Shown one piece after another: positions 35,831 to 50,462 of a stretch of DNA of 64,000 nt. The notes beneath the pieces are model-generated. The model was not told the origin of the DNA. It did not search any database and saw only the letters and a list, made by a program, of their open reading frames with translations. How positions within the stretch are numbered: position 1 is the stretch's first letter; each line of letters begins with the position of its first letter. The stretch is taken from positions 124,001 to 188,000 of the forward strand of contig JAPEUD010000028.1 of NCBI GenBank assembly GCA_026026165.1, given 5' to 3'. The stretch is from Sarea resinae (Eukaryota). The translations under genes were made by a program, and so were the position numbers.

Positions 35831-37591
35831 GGACCTTCGAATGCTGCGAGAATCATCCTTTGAGCGTATTTTAATTCGAAGGAAATATCGGATCTTTAGA
35901 AAGATGACGAGAGTTGATCCAACGGGCAGTCGATGACTATTAGTGGCATACTTCACGACAGACTGGTTTCAGATGACCACGAAGCATTATATCAGCTCCA
36001 GGCCTGGCTCACAGTAGCGGGTTAAGAGTTTGTTGGCTCACTATCAGCTGTGGCGGGGTGATATTTGGGCAAGGCGATTACGCCAATACCAAATTCCAGG
36101 TCTCAGAAGAGGCCTAATCTGGACCGCAGTGCATTGTGTGCCTCGAAGAGGTCACAACATGCCAGAATCATCATGAGTGATGGGTCAGACAAACATCAGC
36201 GAAGGCTTAGATGAGCTCACATTGGAGAATGGTATATAGATTCTAATACTTCAAGTCTTAATACCATAGGATCAAATCAGCACACATCATGCAGTGAGAG
36301 TCTCCAGCCACCAGCTTGCGCAATGATCATTCCTAGAGGCTTGTCTACTCCGTGCACCGGACGCATTTATGGATGCTGATTGCTGACTGCTGACGCACGC
36401 ATAGCACTTGAGCTGAGGCTGTACTCGTTCAGCTGAGAGAAGATGACCAGATCCTTTGCCATCTGGAGTCGTGATTCACGAGATGGCCAGTCTGGCATCA
36501 ACGATCGGCGAATCCTCTATTCTCATGGGATTGGATGCGGATGCTTGCGGAGTCCGCTACTGAGGCGCAGCCTTTCCACGATACCGTAGGCAGTGCGTAG
36601 GGTACCTTAACTCGTACTTCGTCTTGCTTACTGCGCAGTAGGTAGAGATGTCCGAGTCTTGGTCGGTGAGAAGCCTCTCCGAGATCCGCAGATGGCTACC
36701 TTAGCGGAAGGTAACTCTAGGCGAGGGTGCCTTGAGGACTCGGCCCGAATCGCGGCTGTGTCTACCCTAGTGCATGGATGGATCCAATTCGAAGTCCAAT
36801 TGAAAGCATTAGAGTTCTCATTGGTGACGAGACGAGTGGAAAAGTGGCATCCATTGCCACTCCATCGTACTACGCGGTACCTTACTGCGCGGTAGACATG
36901 TCCAGGCGTGCATAACTCTCATAATTTCCATCATTCGCAGAGCGATCTCACCTCATCTCGAGCCTGTTGGCATCCTTTCGGACATAGGAGGAGATACGCT
37001 GGACATGGACGTAGGAAGAGGTAAGCAGGCAGTACGGGTAGATGTCGTAATCCTTACCCCTTGAGGAAATCCAGGTGCGATGAGATCAATCCGATGGACA
37101 TCGTGGACATGACCAATCGGGCTTCCAAAGGATTGAAAAGGTGGCCAGGATCTCCATCTTCATTTCCGCTGCATCCTTCTTCAATTTTTCCACCTTCAAC
37201 TGTGACTTCACCTGTACCGTCTACTTTGTTGGATTCCAGAGGAGTACTCTACTGACGGTAGTCATCTCTCTCGTCTTCCATTCAGATCGCCAGGAACACT
37301 GAATCACTTGGTACCTACGGTAAGGTACCTTACCACCCAACCTTTAGCGTGGGATAATACGTAAGGTACTGAGACACGGCATATCGTCGAGTGAGCGTCA
37401 TTCTTCCTTCCGGATCCGAACCGGAATAACAACTTCCCTCGCTTTTCCATCATTTCGCTTCTTCTATCTCTGGATAGCGCTCTCACCCGCACCACTCCTT
37501 TTGGCGGAGAGGGGTCTGTCATCGTGTCGAGAAGACTTTCTTCTTTCTAATTGTGCCTCTGCGGAATCTTCGCATATCATCATCCACCACG

Positions 37592-39659
37592 ATGAAGATT
37601 TCTTCGGCGGGGACGCTGCTCGCGTGCCTGCTCTATACTGCGACATGTGAGGGTATGCGCATTTGGGCATCTCGAGTTCGAGACGACCACTAACTCACCA
37701 TTCTCTAGGCTCAGTGCTTCTTCCTCGAGAAGCCGAAGCATCGTTAGAGATTGACGCTGCCATTGGGATGCATTTGATGAACCGTGCATTTCCAGACGCC
37801 CCTAACAATTACGTCCCTGAAGCTGCCAAATGCCCGTCGGATCGACCTACGATTCGAAGCGCTTCCTCCTTATCGCCCAATGAATCTTCCTGGTTGGAAT
37901 CGCGAAGGAACACTACGATCGGGCCGATGCGTGATCTATTGAACCGATTGAACATCACTGGTTTCGATGCGACGTCGTACCTTACCAACAATGCCAAGAA
38001 CGCATCAGCGCTCCCGAATTTGGGAATCGCATTCTCTGGAGGTGGCTATCGAGCTTTGATGAATGGAGCTGGTGCTTTGGCCGCTTTTGATGACCGAACC
38101 GCAAATTCTACCGCCTCGGGACATTTAGGAGGACTGCTGCAATCGACGACGTATGTGGCGGGTCTGTCTGGAGGAAGTTGGCTCGTTGGCTCCATCTTCA
38201 CCAATAATTTTACGACGGTCACGGATATCATCTTCAACAACAGCGGCTCGTTCTGGCAATTCGGAAACTCAATTTTCGAAGGCCCCGCCACGGGTGGTAT
38301 CCAGGTACTAAGCTCGGCCCAGTACTACGATCATATCTATGATGACGTTCAAGGCAAAGGCGATGCTGGATACAATACCACTATCACTGACTATTGGTGA
38401 GTTTTGACTTGTTAGCTGAGTGGAGAGTACTCTTCTGACAAATTTATAGGGGCCGCGCTCTGTCTTTTCAGCTCGTCAATGCAACCGACGGAGGAGTCGC
38501 ATATACGTTCTCCTCAATCGCGGACGATCCGCAATTCAGTTCTGGCAGCATTCCTATGCCGATCATAGTCGCCGATGAGAGGGCTCCCGGAGAGACCATC
38601 GTATCCAGCAACTCTTCAGTCTACGAGTTCAACCCATGGGAATTCGGCACGTTTGATCCCACCGCGTTTGGTTTTGTGCCCACTCGATATCTTGGCTCGA
38701 ACTTCTCGGGCGGCGTCTTGCCCTCGAATGAGCAGTGCGTACGGGGCTTTGATAATGCTGGCTACGTGATGGGAACATCTTCAACATTGTTCAACCAATT
38801 CCTTCTCCAGATCAACTCGACCAGCATTCCGTCGACGCTCAAAAATGCATTGACTTCAGTGCTTCAAAAGGTTGGTAAGAGTGAGGACGACATTGCCGAC
38901 TATTCGCCCAACCCATTCTATCATTACAACAACAAGACCAATCCAAACGCCATCAGCAAGTCGCTGACCTTGGTCGATGGCGGTGAAGATCTTCAAAACA
39001 TTCCGCTTCACCCTCTGCTTCAACCGGTACGACACGTGGACGTCATTTTCGCCATCGACAGCTCTGCTGATACGGACACGTATTGGCCTAATGGCACAGC
39101 GCTCGTTGCAACCTATCAGCGTACTAGTAATGAGTCTGGCATCGAGAATGGCACATCATTCCCATATGTGCCAGATCAAAATACGTTTGTCAATCTCGGT
39201 CTGAACCGTCGGCCAACTTTCTTCGGTTGCAATTCTAGCAATACTTCCAGCATGACGCCCTTGGTTGTATATATACCAAATGCGCCGTACGTTTACAATT
39301 CCAACGTCTCTACCTTCGACCCATCATACAACAACACTCAGCGAAATGCCATCATTGAAAACGGATATGACGTTGCCACTATGGGCAACGGCTCTGTGGA
39401 TTCTCAGTGGCCTACTTGCGTGGGCTGTGCTATCCTTAGCAGAAGCCTAGAGAGGACCGGCACTACAATCCCTAGTGTTTGCCAGCAGTGCTTCACTAAA
39501 TATTGCTGGAACGGTACCGTCAATAGTACCGTCCCTTCCCTATATGAGCCGACAACAACGTTGGGAGCTCTGAAAGTGAGCGGTGGAAAAAGGGCGGTGT
39601 CATCGCCAAGCAGCTGGGCCTTGTTGAGCACAGCTGTTGCCGCGCTGGCTTTTGCATGA
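37592..39659 (+). CDS. plb1: Lysophospholipase/phospholipase B, secreted and probably GPI-anchored
   Basis: Signal peptide [19 protein letters not shown]. Introns at 37653-37708 and about 38397-38449. [18 protein letters not shown] (catalytic Ser), [12 protein letters not shown], many NxS/T sites and a hydrophobic C-terminus. Confidence 0.93.
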
Positions 39660-40531
39660 GCGACTCTGGAAACCGGAGCCCTGATTTGAATATAGGGAGG
39701 GTGTCCTGATTCTGATGTTCGAGTAATTTGCTAATGCATTGCGAGCTTCGCTCCCGTAAAAGGCGCCTGGTTGTTAGTGTTCTTGACGTTGCGCACGACT
39801 CATCTTATTCTTTATATAATTAGTAGTAGAGCGTACAAATTTCAAACTGATGTCAAGATAGATAAGCTAGAGGATTGACCGGATACATTGACAAGATTGA
39901 AACAATGACCCAGCATAAGTAAGTCTAGATTGTGAATAGCATGAATCTGATTTCTTGGAAAAGACATGCTAAGTCTCAAGTTAAGGGGCAAAGTCATTAG
40001 CATGGCACGAGGCTATGACTGGCCATCAGTGACAGTTGTCCTGGCTTGTCATCTGTGCACGGATCAATTGATGTACTCTTAGAAGTAAGGCTGATTCGCG
40101 TATATCAAGTTGTTGATCTAAATACGATGCGATGCGATGCGATGCGATGTGAGCGTGTACTGCGCAGTAATGTAGTAGAGTACTCCGCTATCGTATCCGG
40201 GGATGTTTGGCTGGGTTCGCATCGATTGTTGCCCCGTCGACGGACGCGACCTACTTGTTTGGCTGACACCCGAACTGCCCGTTCCCTTCCCTTGCTTCTC
40301 TACTTCTCTACATCACCGACCTTGCCCTATCCATCCATCCATCCGTCCACCCATCTATCAAAATAGAACATCATCTGCCATCGATCAGCTCGATGCGTTA
40401 ACTTTCTTGCAAGACGTCGAGGATTATTGTTGTTAGATTGTGAGTTCGGGCCAAATAGTACTGGTGAGTCTCAGAGATCGAATCAAAACATGATGGGCAC
40501 TAAACGATCACAGGTGAAAGGTATCGTCAAG

Positions 40532-43224
40532 ATGCCAGTCTCGACACGCGCCCGAGCGGCCGAGAAGACGGACAATGCCGTCAAATCAACAAAGATAATC
40601 ACGCCAGCCGCGAAGGCCACACGAATCACGAAGCGCAAGACCCGCTCTGACGACGACGATAAACCTAGTTCAGCTACGACGAACAAAGGAGAAGAATCAC
40701 AGCCAGCAAAGGCGACGCGTGGGAGGCCGAGAAAGACCACAACAACGACCAAGACCGAGCCACCAGTGGAACCGAAAACGAAAAGAGTCACTGTCAGCAA
40801 AGCCGAGCCAGTCACTGGGCCGAGAAAAAGAGTTACAAGGGACAAATCCGAACCCAAAATCGACGCAAAGAGCAGAGTCGATAACGCGACCATTGTCGTA
40901 CAGCCCTCGAAGCCCACCCGAGGCCGCCCAAAGAAGGTCACTGTAGCGACGGAAAACACTCAGCCTGAGGTTGAAGAGCCGACCTCGCCGCCTCCGGCTG
41001 CTACGCGTCGTCGCGCAACAAGTATCAACGATGACTGTCAAACAATGGGCAGACCCACCGTTGTGAAGAAGAAGGTCACTTTCGACGAGGATAGGAATAA
41101 GGAGAATCGGGATCCCAAGACATCCAGATTGCCAGCCGCTAAAGAGAAGCCCGCTTCAACCGGTCTACGGGCGAAGCCTGTTCGCAAGCCGACCTCTAAA
41201 GCTGCTACCACGAAGACAGCGACGAAGCGTGGCAAGAAGGCGGAAGAAGCTCCAAAGGACCTCCCTCTGTCGCCGAAGAAGGATAAACAGGTTGCGACTG
41301 GAAATGCTGCAAGCTCAGATGAGGACGAGCTATGCGGGCCCAAAACACCGATGAGGTTCGCCTCTTCACTCATGGCCAGCCCGGCAAAACGACCACCCAC
41401 GTCTCCCATGAAACCATTCCTCAACACGCCTGCTCGCCGGCAAGTAAGCCCGGTCAAGAGCCTTGCACCCAAGTCACCGTTTGAAAAACTCTTCGCGGAC
41501 CAATTGACCCTAGCCTCCTCTAATGAAGAGGGTTCACGGGTCCCATTCCCAGCCTTTATTGACGAAGAGGTACCTGCGACAATCAATCAAGCGGTAGAGA
41601 ATCCAAGAGCTCCCTCTCCAACGCTCGTTTCTGGAGAGGCATCTACAACGGAGAGCCAAACAACGGAGAATCCACAAACCCCCTTTCCAGACTTTGTTGA
41701 CGAAGAGGCATCTCCAACGAAGAATGAGACGGAGAGTCCACGAGTCCCATTTTCACCCTTGGTTCGCGACGAAGCATCTCCGACCGACAACCAAATGGAA
41801 AAGACTCCGTTGATCCCTTTCTCACCCCTCGTTCGCGCAGAGGAACCCACTCCTGGAAACCGAAGTGTAAACCAATCCGTGAAAGGCTCGCCAGAGGAGA
41901 TCAACTTTTTCGAGAATGAGATGCTTTTACGTGACATGGACGATTTTGTGATCATGGAGGACGAAGACGTCGTTATGACGGACGCAGAATATCCGGTTCC
42001 TGCCACCTACACACCAGAGAAGCCCTTGTTCCGCTCTCCCCGTACCATCCATACAGTCTCAAAGGTACCCCTCAAGCCAGCGGCCGATGAGGAGTCACCG
42101 AGCCGTCTACCACGTCCGAGACGCAGCAGTTCTTGGTCTCAACCTCGATCGTCTCAAAAATTCAACCAAGCTCCTTTTTCTCCTACGAAAACTCCTCGCC
42201 CCGGTCCAGAGGGCGAGATTCTCAAAGGGGCCGTCATCCACGTGGATGTCCACACGAACGAGGGCGCAGACGCGAGTCAAATATTCGTGGACCTGCTTAC
42301 GCAGATGGGTGCCAAGTGCGTGAAGCATTGGACCTGGGACGGCAAAAGTGTGACTGCTACTTTGCCTGCCGACGACAGTCCGCAGAAGTCCTTTGCTTCT
42401 TCTTCGACTGAACAGCGTTCAAGGAGACGGAGCTCGAGAGTTGGAGTCACGCATGTGGTGTTCAAAGACGGTGGCAGCAGAACGATAGAGCGAGTAAGAG
42501 CCAGCCAAGGGGCCGTCGTATGTGTCGGTGTCGCATGGGTGTTAGAGTGAGTATCCCTCCAGAGCTATCAATTTCCCTACCATCATCACTAACCTCGAGT
42601 CAACGAATCAGTTGTGAGCGCTATAACAGATGGGTTGACGAGTCATCATATGGAATTGACACATCTATCACTCCTCGTGGGGGCCATCGCCGCCGAAAAT
42701 CTATGGAACCCCGGGCGCTCTCAAACGTCAATGGCAATGTCGTCCCTTCCGATTCGAGTGCCGCACGCCGTGCATCGGGAGAGATGTCGCCAACCAAGGA
42801 GTTTCTTGATCTCGGCAGTTCTCCCATCCGTGGAGCCAACGATGATGCGTTAGCGATCGCGGAGCACGACTCCCAGACCCAAATTGAAGACGCCGAGGCC
42901 GCAGGCGAAAGACGACGCTACTCATCCAATTGCTCGCCACATCAGTCAGGTGGTCCGTCCCCTACAGCGCCAACTTTCCTATCAACACCTCCCCGTCTGC
43001 AATACCAGGGCCCACCGATCACGCCGACGCCCTTTTTTCCAAACAAGATCGTGCAGCAGACGTGCCCGCCAAAGCAGGAGAACAGGCCGTTGTTCGGTGC
43101 TGACGTGGGGCTGCAGGAGGAGGCCACTCGGATGGGCATGACGCAGCGATTGTTGGCAGCCCGGCGGAAGAGTCTGGCATGGGCGCCGAAAGTGGCGAGC
43201 CCGCTCTCCAAGCAGTGGCTATAG
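40532..43224 (+). CDS. BRCT-domain protein (fungal microcephalin-like BRCT) with a basic disordered N-terminus
   Basis: ILKGAVIHVDVHTNEGADASQIFVDLLTQMGAKCVKHW...VGVTHVVFKDG...CVGVAWVLD|CER (intron 42547-42611)...PRGGHRRRKSMEP...ARRKSLAWAPKVASPL. Probable 5'UTR intron at 40464-40513. Confidence 0.8.
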
Positions 43225-43649
43225 ACGTGGCGTGGAAAAGGGCAAGGTGGAATTGTGTATCGTTTGGTCGTGTGTGAGTGCGTGCCTTGTGCATACATTA
43301 TTATTTGGCGCTCTCTGTTTTCGTTTTCGTTTCCGCTCTCGGGGAGTAGGAGGGATTGGTATCGTGGGGACGGTGTTTTTTGTTCCTTGGGGTTGTGCTT
43401 GGCTTGGATGGGCGCGCATATGGATGGGGATTGGCCATTGTTTTCATGTTCCGAACTGGAGTCGAGTCCTTCGTTTAGAGAGAGTTCTGCACTTGCTTCT
43501 CCTTCTTTCTTTCTTTCTTCTTCACCTCGTCTTCCTTGCCTTGCTCCCTCCCGCTCGCGCTGAGGCCCTTGGGGTCGAGTCCCCCTTGACGGGGGTGATT
43601 CCCCTGGGGCTGACTCGCGCGGACGGGTGGGCGGGTAGGCGGGCGGGCA

Positions 43650-45294
43650 TTAGGTAGGATAGAGGATGTAGGATGTAGGATATACGACTTTGTCTTGAAT
43701 GAGGTTTAGTGGCTTTGTATTGTTCTGATGGAAGTGCGAAAGTGATTGTTTGCTTCTCCTCGTGGAGTAGGTAGGTAGGTAGGTAGGTAGGTAGGTGGAT
43801 CGGTGGGTTGGGATCGCGATCGGGGTAGGCTTGGGGAGTCGGGCTTTGGTGTCTTTTCCTTTGCCGTCTCTTTCTCTGTTTGTTGGTTTGTTGGTTTGTT
43901 GGTGTTTTTCTTTTTATGGTGATGGATGGATGGATGGATGGATGGATGGATGGATGGATGGATGGATGGAGGGGATTGAGATGAGTGGGATAGGATAGGA
44001 TAGGATAGGTTGGATAGAGTGGCATTTATACATCTATCTATCCATCCGTTTATTCGTCCATTTATTTATTCGTGCACTCACTTACTCACTCACTCACTCA
44101 CTTATGAACTGGCTCATTTATTCGTTCATCCCAGAGGAGCATTTGTGCTCTCTCTAGGGATAACTATATATATGTATATTAGACACGAGTAAGAAGATGT
44201 CTGTAAACCTACTGCATACAAGCATGCATGCAGGCAGGTTTACAGATAGTATGCATGCTTGTATGTAAATAAGTATGTAGATAAGTATGTAAATAGTCTG
44301 AAGTCGGTGGGTTTAGATTTGGATATATTTATAGGAGCAGGAGGAGCTGCTGCTACATCTACCCTTGAGATGACGTTGCAAGATGTGAGGTTTGTAGATG
44401 TGTATAGGAGGGATGGAGAGAGGGAGAGGGAAAGAATAGGAAGTGAGAGAGAAGAGAGGGAGAGAGAAGAGAGGGAGAGAGGGAGAGGGAGAGGGAATAT
44501 CAAGGCTGTTGTTATCTCTCGCTGACAACGACGACAAAGACGACGACGACGACGACGACGACAACAACAACAACAAAGACGTTTTCCTCTCCTTTACGTC
44601 CGTCCCCCTCCAAAAAAAACGAGAGAGAGAAGAAACACGCAAGACAAGCCTCAATCCACAAGAGCCGAACACACACACACATCAACACACATGCCTTTAA
44701 GAAAGATGCGCAGAAAAAGATAAGATAGAAAGGCAAGGAATAGAGGACAGTAAGGTCTAGTTAATACCTTACCTTGCCTTACCTTACCTATAGGCAACCC
44801 CTGGTTTTCCTACGTGTGTGTGCGCCAAGAAAGAAAAGAGGGACTACTACTATTTCTACTACTTCTACGACGACGACGACGACGACTTAGCTTATCTAGG
44901 CGATGCCTGTTTGCCTGTTTGCCTGTTTGTCTATCTAAGGTAGGTAGAGTGTAGTGTAGTGTGGTGTAGTGTCGTTTAGTGTCGTTTAGTGTAGTCTAGT
45001 GTAGTCTAGTGTTTCGTCCTGAAGAAGTGGTAGAATAAGAAGAGGAGTAGGAAGAAAATTAGAAATCAACTAGTAAATAAAGCCGTAAAACACAAGTAAA
45101 GCTACAAAAGCCAAACAGAAAAACTCTGGGAACAAACAAAGCCAAAAAGTAAGTATCATATAGATCCCTCTCTTCTCTTTAGAGCTCTCTGCTTTCATGA
45201 CCTCTATCTCTGTTCTCTCTTCTCCTCTTTGTATCACAATGTTTATATTAGGTTAGGAGAAGGAGAGAGAGAGTAAAGAAGAAAAAGAGAGATA

Positions 45295-45331
<37 letters not shown>

Positions 45332-45450
45332 CTATCAAAGTAGATGAATCCCACTCTTTTCACCTGGAAAAATTATAAACATTTTTCTTTCCTACCTTCC
45401 TTTCTTTCCTACCTTCTCTCCCCTACCTTACTCAACTACTGAGTCACTAT
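43650..45450. repeat. Microsatellite/AT-rich island 3: (GGTA)n, (GGAT)n, (GGATA)n, (CACT)n, (GAC)n(AAC)n, (GTAGT)n, (GA)n
   Basis: Tandem repeats directly visible between the convergent BRCT and MFS genes. Confidence 0.9.
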
Positions 45451-45594
45451 CTTCTCATTCCTGTTGGTTCAGATAATTTGACACATCTAGACCTGATTCA
45501 CCGCGGGTCGAGTACCTATTCACACAAGCCCGGATACCTACTTTAGCTACTGACGGCGCCACCCTTCCGACACATTCTGCTACAGTGACTTATC

Positions 45595-47670
45595 TCATCC
45601 CTCCTCGTCGTTCCCCTCGCGCGCCTCCAACACCCCACCACCCTCCCTCACAAACCCAGAAGCAATCCACCCCACCACTGCGGCCCCTGCCAGACCCCAC
45701 CAGACGCCTCCTACCACGCCCCTGTCCAGCCCGACCCCGAAGAGCCATCCACCAATCAACGGGCCCAGCATGCGAGCTCCGCTGCTGGCGCTCTGACCGA
45801 CCCCGTGCACCGTCCCCAGCACCGACGGGTGCGGCGCGCAGTTGTTGAGGAGGATGATGTTCGAGGGCAGCGCAAAGGTGCGGCCGAGAACTTGGACGAG
45901 GACGACGCACGAGAGCGCGATCCAGACGAGCGGACCCGAGGCGGGATGTGGGGAGGGAGAAGAGGACGGGATCAGGGATAGATACGGCGCCAGCGTGTAC
46001 GCGATGGGGAAGCAGAGGAGAGATAGTCGATAGGACCTCAACGTGCCCAGGTAGGATTGAAGTGGCGGATATAGCGTCAGCTGGAGTGTTATCCCCAGGA
46101 GGCCGAGGATGGCCATTGCAGTGCCGACTAGCGGCGGTGGCAAGGCCAAGCCGCCTGTGAAGTGAAACGGAAGATGGGGAGGATGGGCGCTGGTATACTG
46201 AGCGCTGGGACGGGGCGTGGAGAGGAAGATGTACCAAAGGTTGTTAAAGGTGCCGACGTGGAAGGCGAGGATGGTATGTGAGAGCAGCGTTGTTAGGACG
46301 CCGCGGGTAAGGATAGTGGAGAAGGGAAGCTTGCGTTTGGCTCGTGAAGATAATAAAGGCTTGGCCGTGGGCGGGCCAGAGGAAGACATGCGCGTATCTG
46401 GGCTTTCGTAGCCGGCGGATGTGGTAGAGGGGCGGGCAGCCAGATCAATACTATCCTCTTCGTCTGTGGCTGCGACGACGGTATAGGAATGCGATGATGA
46501 ATGGGCAATTGGATCCCGGATCTGTCGAAACTTGTTTGCGAGGAACCTTCCGACTCGAAGACCATAATCGCGTCGATGGCGGACGTTCTCAAGTGTCTGG
46601 GGAGATCAGTAAGCTCTACAGGAAGAAAAGGGGGATCGCCTTCATACTTCTTCTAGACCCAAGAAGACCCCCACCGCTGCAGTAAAGAGGAAGCATGCGC
46701 TTAGTAGATTTGGTAAGGCATAAGGCCATTTCTTCATCCACCAGACGCCGTCTTTACCGCCATAGACGGATCCCGCTCCAAATATCTTTGGATAGCTGCC
46801 TACGGGATCTGCTAATAAGCCCCCTAAGACCGGGCCGATGATCACGCCGATGTTGAAGCACATGGGCAGTAGGAGAAACGCACGCGACTGAAATCTATAA
46901 AAAGTCAGAGAATGAGGTTTGCTCAGGTGGAGATCAGGGGGCTACCTTTTCTCCTTGATAATCTCCGCAATCATTGTCCGCATTACCCCGACATTGCCAT
47001 TCAACGCGCCCCCGAGAATACGAAATGCAACCGCCTGGGCAAATGAGCGCGAAAAGCCAAAGCCCACGCAGGACATGCACGTCCCCAGTAATCCGACCAA
47101 CAGTACTTTCTTGCGGCCACTCCAATCGGCATCTGCTACTCGTCCCCACAGGATAGCCGTCACGAACTGGGCGGCGGCAAAACTTCCCTGCAACATACCC
47201 GCCTGCTTGGCAATGCTGCTATCTGGTAATGTTGGATCAAACGATTTGAGCTGGTAGAACATGTACGCTTGCAGCGATGTTTGCGTCAAGGGCTCTGAAA
47301 GACGGGCCATGGTGAGGATAGCCAATTGATCTCTCCGTGGAAGACTCCGCCATGTGACAGCCTCTTCCTTGGGCGGCACCGTCTCTGGCTGTTCGTCTTC
47401 TTCGATAAGAGGTAAATTCCCATTGGGGCTCTGAGAGGGTATCAAATCGAGCTCGTCTGAGACTTTGTCATCTTCAATTCCCTCTTCTTCGTCCCCATGT
47501 TCGTCCAGGGCTCGAACATCATGGCTCTTTCGTTCTCGCAGTCCCGCATCGCTCACAGTCTGACCCGCTTCCCCGTCAGTCTGTAGAGACGAGGGAGCCG
47601 TCGACGGCGTGGACGAGAGGACAGACACGCCACGATCGCGGTCGATATTCAAGTCTCCGTCTCGGCTCAT
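45595..47670 (-). CDS. Major facilitator superfamily transporter (yeast Ycr023c-like)
   Basis: VTWRSLPRRDQLAILTMARLSEPL, WGRVADADWSGRKKVLLVGL (MFS motif A), GALNGNVGVMRTMIAEI, FNIGVIIGPVLGGLLADP, WPYALPNL, LGTVHGVGQS...ARMLGP. Two predicted introns. Confidence 0.9.
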
Positions 47671-48435
47671 CAACGTCGGACAGGTTGACAATGTGACGGC
47701 TGTCAGTTGCCGTAGCCGACCATTTGACAGCTGATGGAGATGATCCAAACCCCGCGAGAACCAGGACCTGCCGGAGAAATGAAATGAGACGGTCAATTGG
47801 AGAAAAGCTGTAGGCAATCACGCGATAAAAGAGATCTAAAATGATGCCACGACCAATATAAAAGGTCAATCGGACAAGAGAAGCGGTCAGCGCGTCAAAG
47901 AGCGTGACAACGCACCGCCATCTCCCACCTCCCATCTCCTATCGTCATGGACGAGATCTTTAGCCCCGCTCGCTTTTATCGATGTCGCTTATCGCCGCCT
48001 ACCCAGATGACATTATGCTGCATGCCTGCATCGGATCAAATATGCTGATCTCTATGCCTCCCTGACACCCTTGACAGGTTTTCGATACCCCCGAGATATC
48101 ATGTATCTGACTTTTGACGAATTTTCACTTACAGGGCACGTCAATTTCCTAATGCAAATGAAAATGACCTCGATCATGAGTATTTCACTTTTCATTTCTT
48201 AATTTGATTCTATTTGTGCTGCATTCATGGCATGACGCATTCAACATGAGATTATCCGTTGTGAAAGAAAACCGCAACATTACCCTTCGACCGCACACGG
48301 CTGCCCGAACTTTTCTTTGGCGGCATGGCCGACCACGATTGTCTTCTCGTCTCCGCAAACCTGGCTGATCCGCCGTAAGAAAAAGTGTTCGAAAGCCGTC
48401 TATTCCTGATCCTTATTCGCCAGAGAAGTTCACAT

Positions 48436-50462
48436 TTACGCATCCGGGTGCAGACCAAGGTTCTCCTCCGCAGGGACAATACGGAGCGTGTTGGTGTGTC
48501 CCATTCCACCTCTCCATCCCTGGACAGTAACGACGGTGTCACCTTCAGAGAGAACACCGAGGTCGATAGCCTGCTTGATACCCCACTTGAGACGACGATC
48601 AACATCCTCTTGCCAGTCGGCAACCCTGAAGTCGGGCTTTTGCTCGGGGAAGTAGAATGGATAGACGCCACGGTACAGATGAGAGTACTATCAAGATGTT
48701 ATTATATGAACAAGCATAATGCAATCACCTAAACTTACGCGTGCGGCCTTGGCGTTCCTAGTGACCATGAGAACGGGGCAAACGGGACGATATTTCGAGA
48801 TCAGACGGGCCGTGTTTCCACTGATTGAATTAGCAACAGCCTTCTGATGGGTGTAATCGGCTTACCTCGTCGTCAAGACAAGAATGGCGCTGGCATTCTG
48901 CTCCAGGCTGGCGCTGACGGCAGCCATGGCGCAAGTCTCAGTCGTTTCAGTGGGACGTTTGACCAGACTCCTCAGCTCATCGAAGTGGTTGACATATGGA
49001 ATAGCAACTTCGGCCAACAAGCATGTCTCGTGCATCATCAAGACCGCCTCCTTGGGGTAGTTGCCCTTGGCAGTCTCTCCAGAAAGCATGACGCAGTCGG
49101 CACCGTCCAGCACGGCGTTACCAACATCGCTGACTTCGGCACGGGTTGGACGAGGGTTGTACGTCATCGACTCCAGCATCTGAGTGGCGCAGATGGCGGG
49201 CTTACCCGCGAGGTTGCACTTGGAGATCATCATCTTCTGGGCGATGAAGACCTGGGAAGGCGGAATCTCAATGCCCAGGTCACCACGAGCGACCATGACT
49301 CCGTCAGTCTCCTTCAAGATCTCGTCAAAGTTGTTGACACCCTGTTGGTTCTCAATCTTGGAGATGATCTGGATTTCCTTGCCGTCCTCGCCCAAGACTT
49401 CACGGATGGCGCGGACATCGCTACCACGACGGATGAACGAAGCGAAGACCATGTCGACACCGTTCTTTACACCAAACCGAAGATCGGCCTTGTCCTTTTC
49501 GGAAAGAGCTGGCAGATCCACATCGGTCTTGGGGAGATTGACACCCTTCTTCGAGGAGATCTTTCCGTTGTTGATGCACCTCACGCGAACGGTCTTGTCA
49601 TCAACGACCTCCAGAACCTCGAAAGCGAGCACACCGTCATCCACGTAGATGGTACGGCCTTTCTCAATGACCTTGGTGATGTTCTTATAGTCGACGTACC
49701 TGTACATTCAATTAGCTTCTTGGCTTACTGAAATTTCCCCACTCGACTATTTGAAGTCACTGAAGAGAAGGTCTTACATGTTCTTGTCGTCGCAGGCGGT
49801 TGCATATTTATCATCAGTGGTGATGTTCATGATGGTACCCTCGCTGATCGGAATGTCAACATCGCCGGCAGTGTTTCCGGTCCTAATCTCGGGTCCTTTC
49901 TATTATTTCCACACAAGTCAGTCACAGAATAAACAATTTTGTCGCGGACTTGTCAATACGGACCGTGTCAAGGGCAATGGCCAGGGGACGTCCATGCTGT
50001 TGACGCTCGGCTTCCTTGGCGTTATCGATGACAGATTGGTGGTACTAGGAATGATTGTTAACTTCAGTTCATACAAAAAGCCCCACTAGATGCAGGTACG
50101 CATGGAATGTTCAAATACCTCATACGAGCCGTGAGAGAAGTTCATGCGAACGACGTTAAGACCAGCTGCAATCACGGATCAGTGACCAATTCTTTGGGGG
50201 ACCTGTGAACAATGGTAGTACCTCTTCGGAGCATGTTGATCTTCTCAACAGAGTTCGTCTTGGGGCCTACGAGCGCAGATTAGCCATGGGCCTCGTCCTT
50301 GAGCAGTGCGAGCATCGGATTCAACGGAAGGGGTCGCAGCTTACCAATGGTGCAAATGATAGAGGTCCGGCGATAGACCTTGGCCGGGTGGTACTCAGTG
50401 TTGAGCTGCGAGAGCCACTCATACCGAGTGCGGTTTCCCAAGTGATCCAGAGCGTTGGCCAT
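48436..50462 (-). CDS. pkiA: Pyruvate kinase (many short exons)
   Basis: [15 protein letters not shown]...[13 protein letters not shown]...[14 protein letters not shown]...YVDDG...KGVNLP...ISKIEN...[14 protein letters not shown]...ATQMLESM...[10 protein letters not shown]...MLSGETAKG. Ends [15 protein letters not shown] (TAA at 48436-48438). Confidence 0.98.

Noticed and set aside
48420..48438. Cryptic peroxisomal PTS1 by stop readthrough on pyruvate kinase
   Set aside because: The stop is TAA followed by ATG TGA; there is no TGA-CTA context or SKL-like extension.
48847..49731. 294-aa plus-strand ORF, and similar antisense ORFs over ODC, Pol kappa, TRAX and JIP5
   Set aside because: Shadow ORFs antisense to conserved, codon-biased genes.
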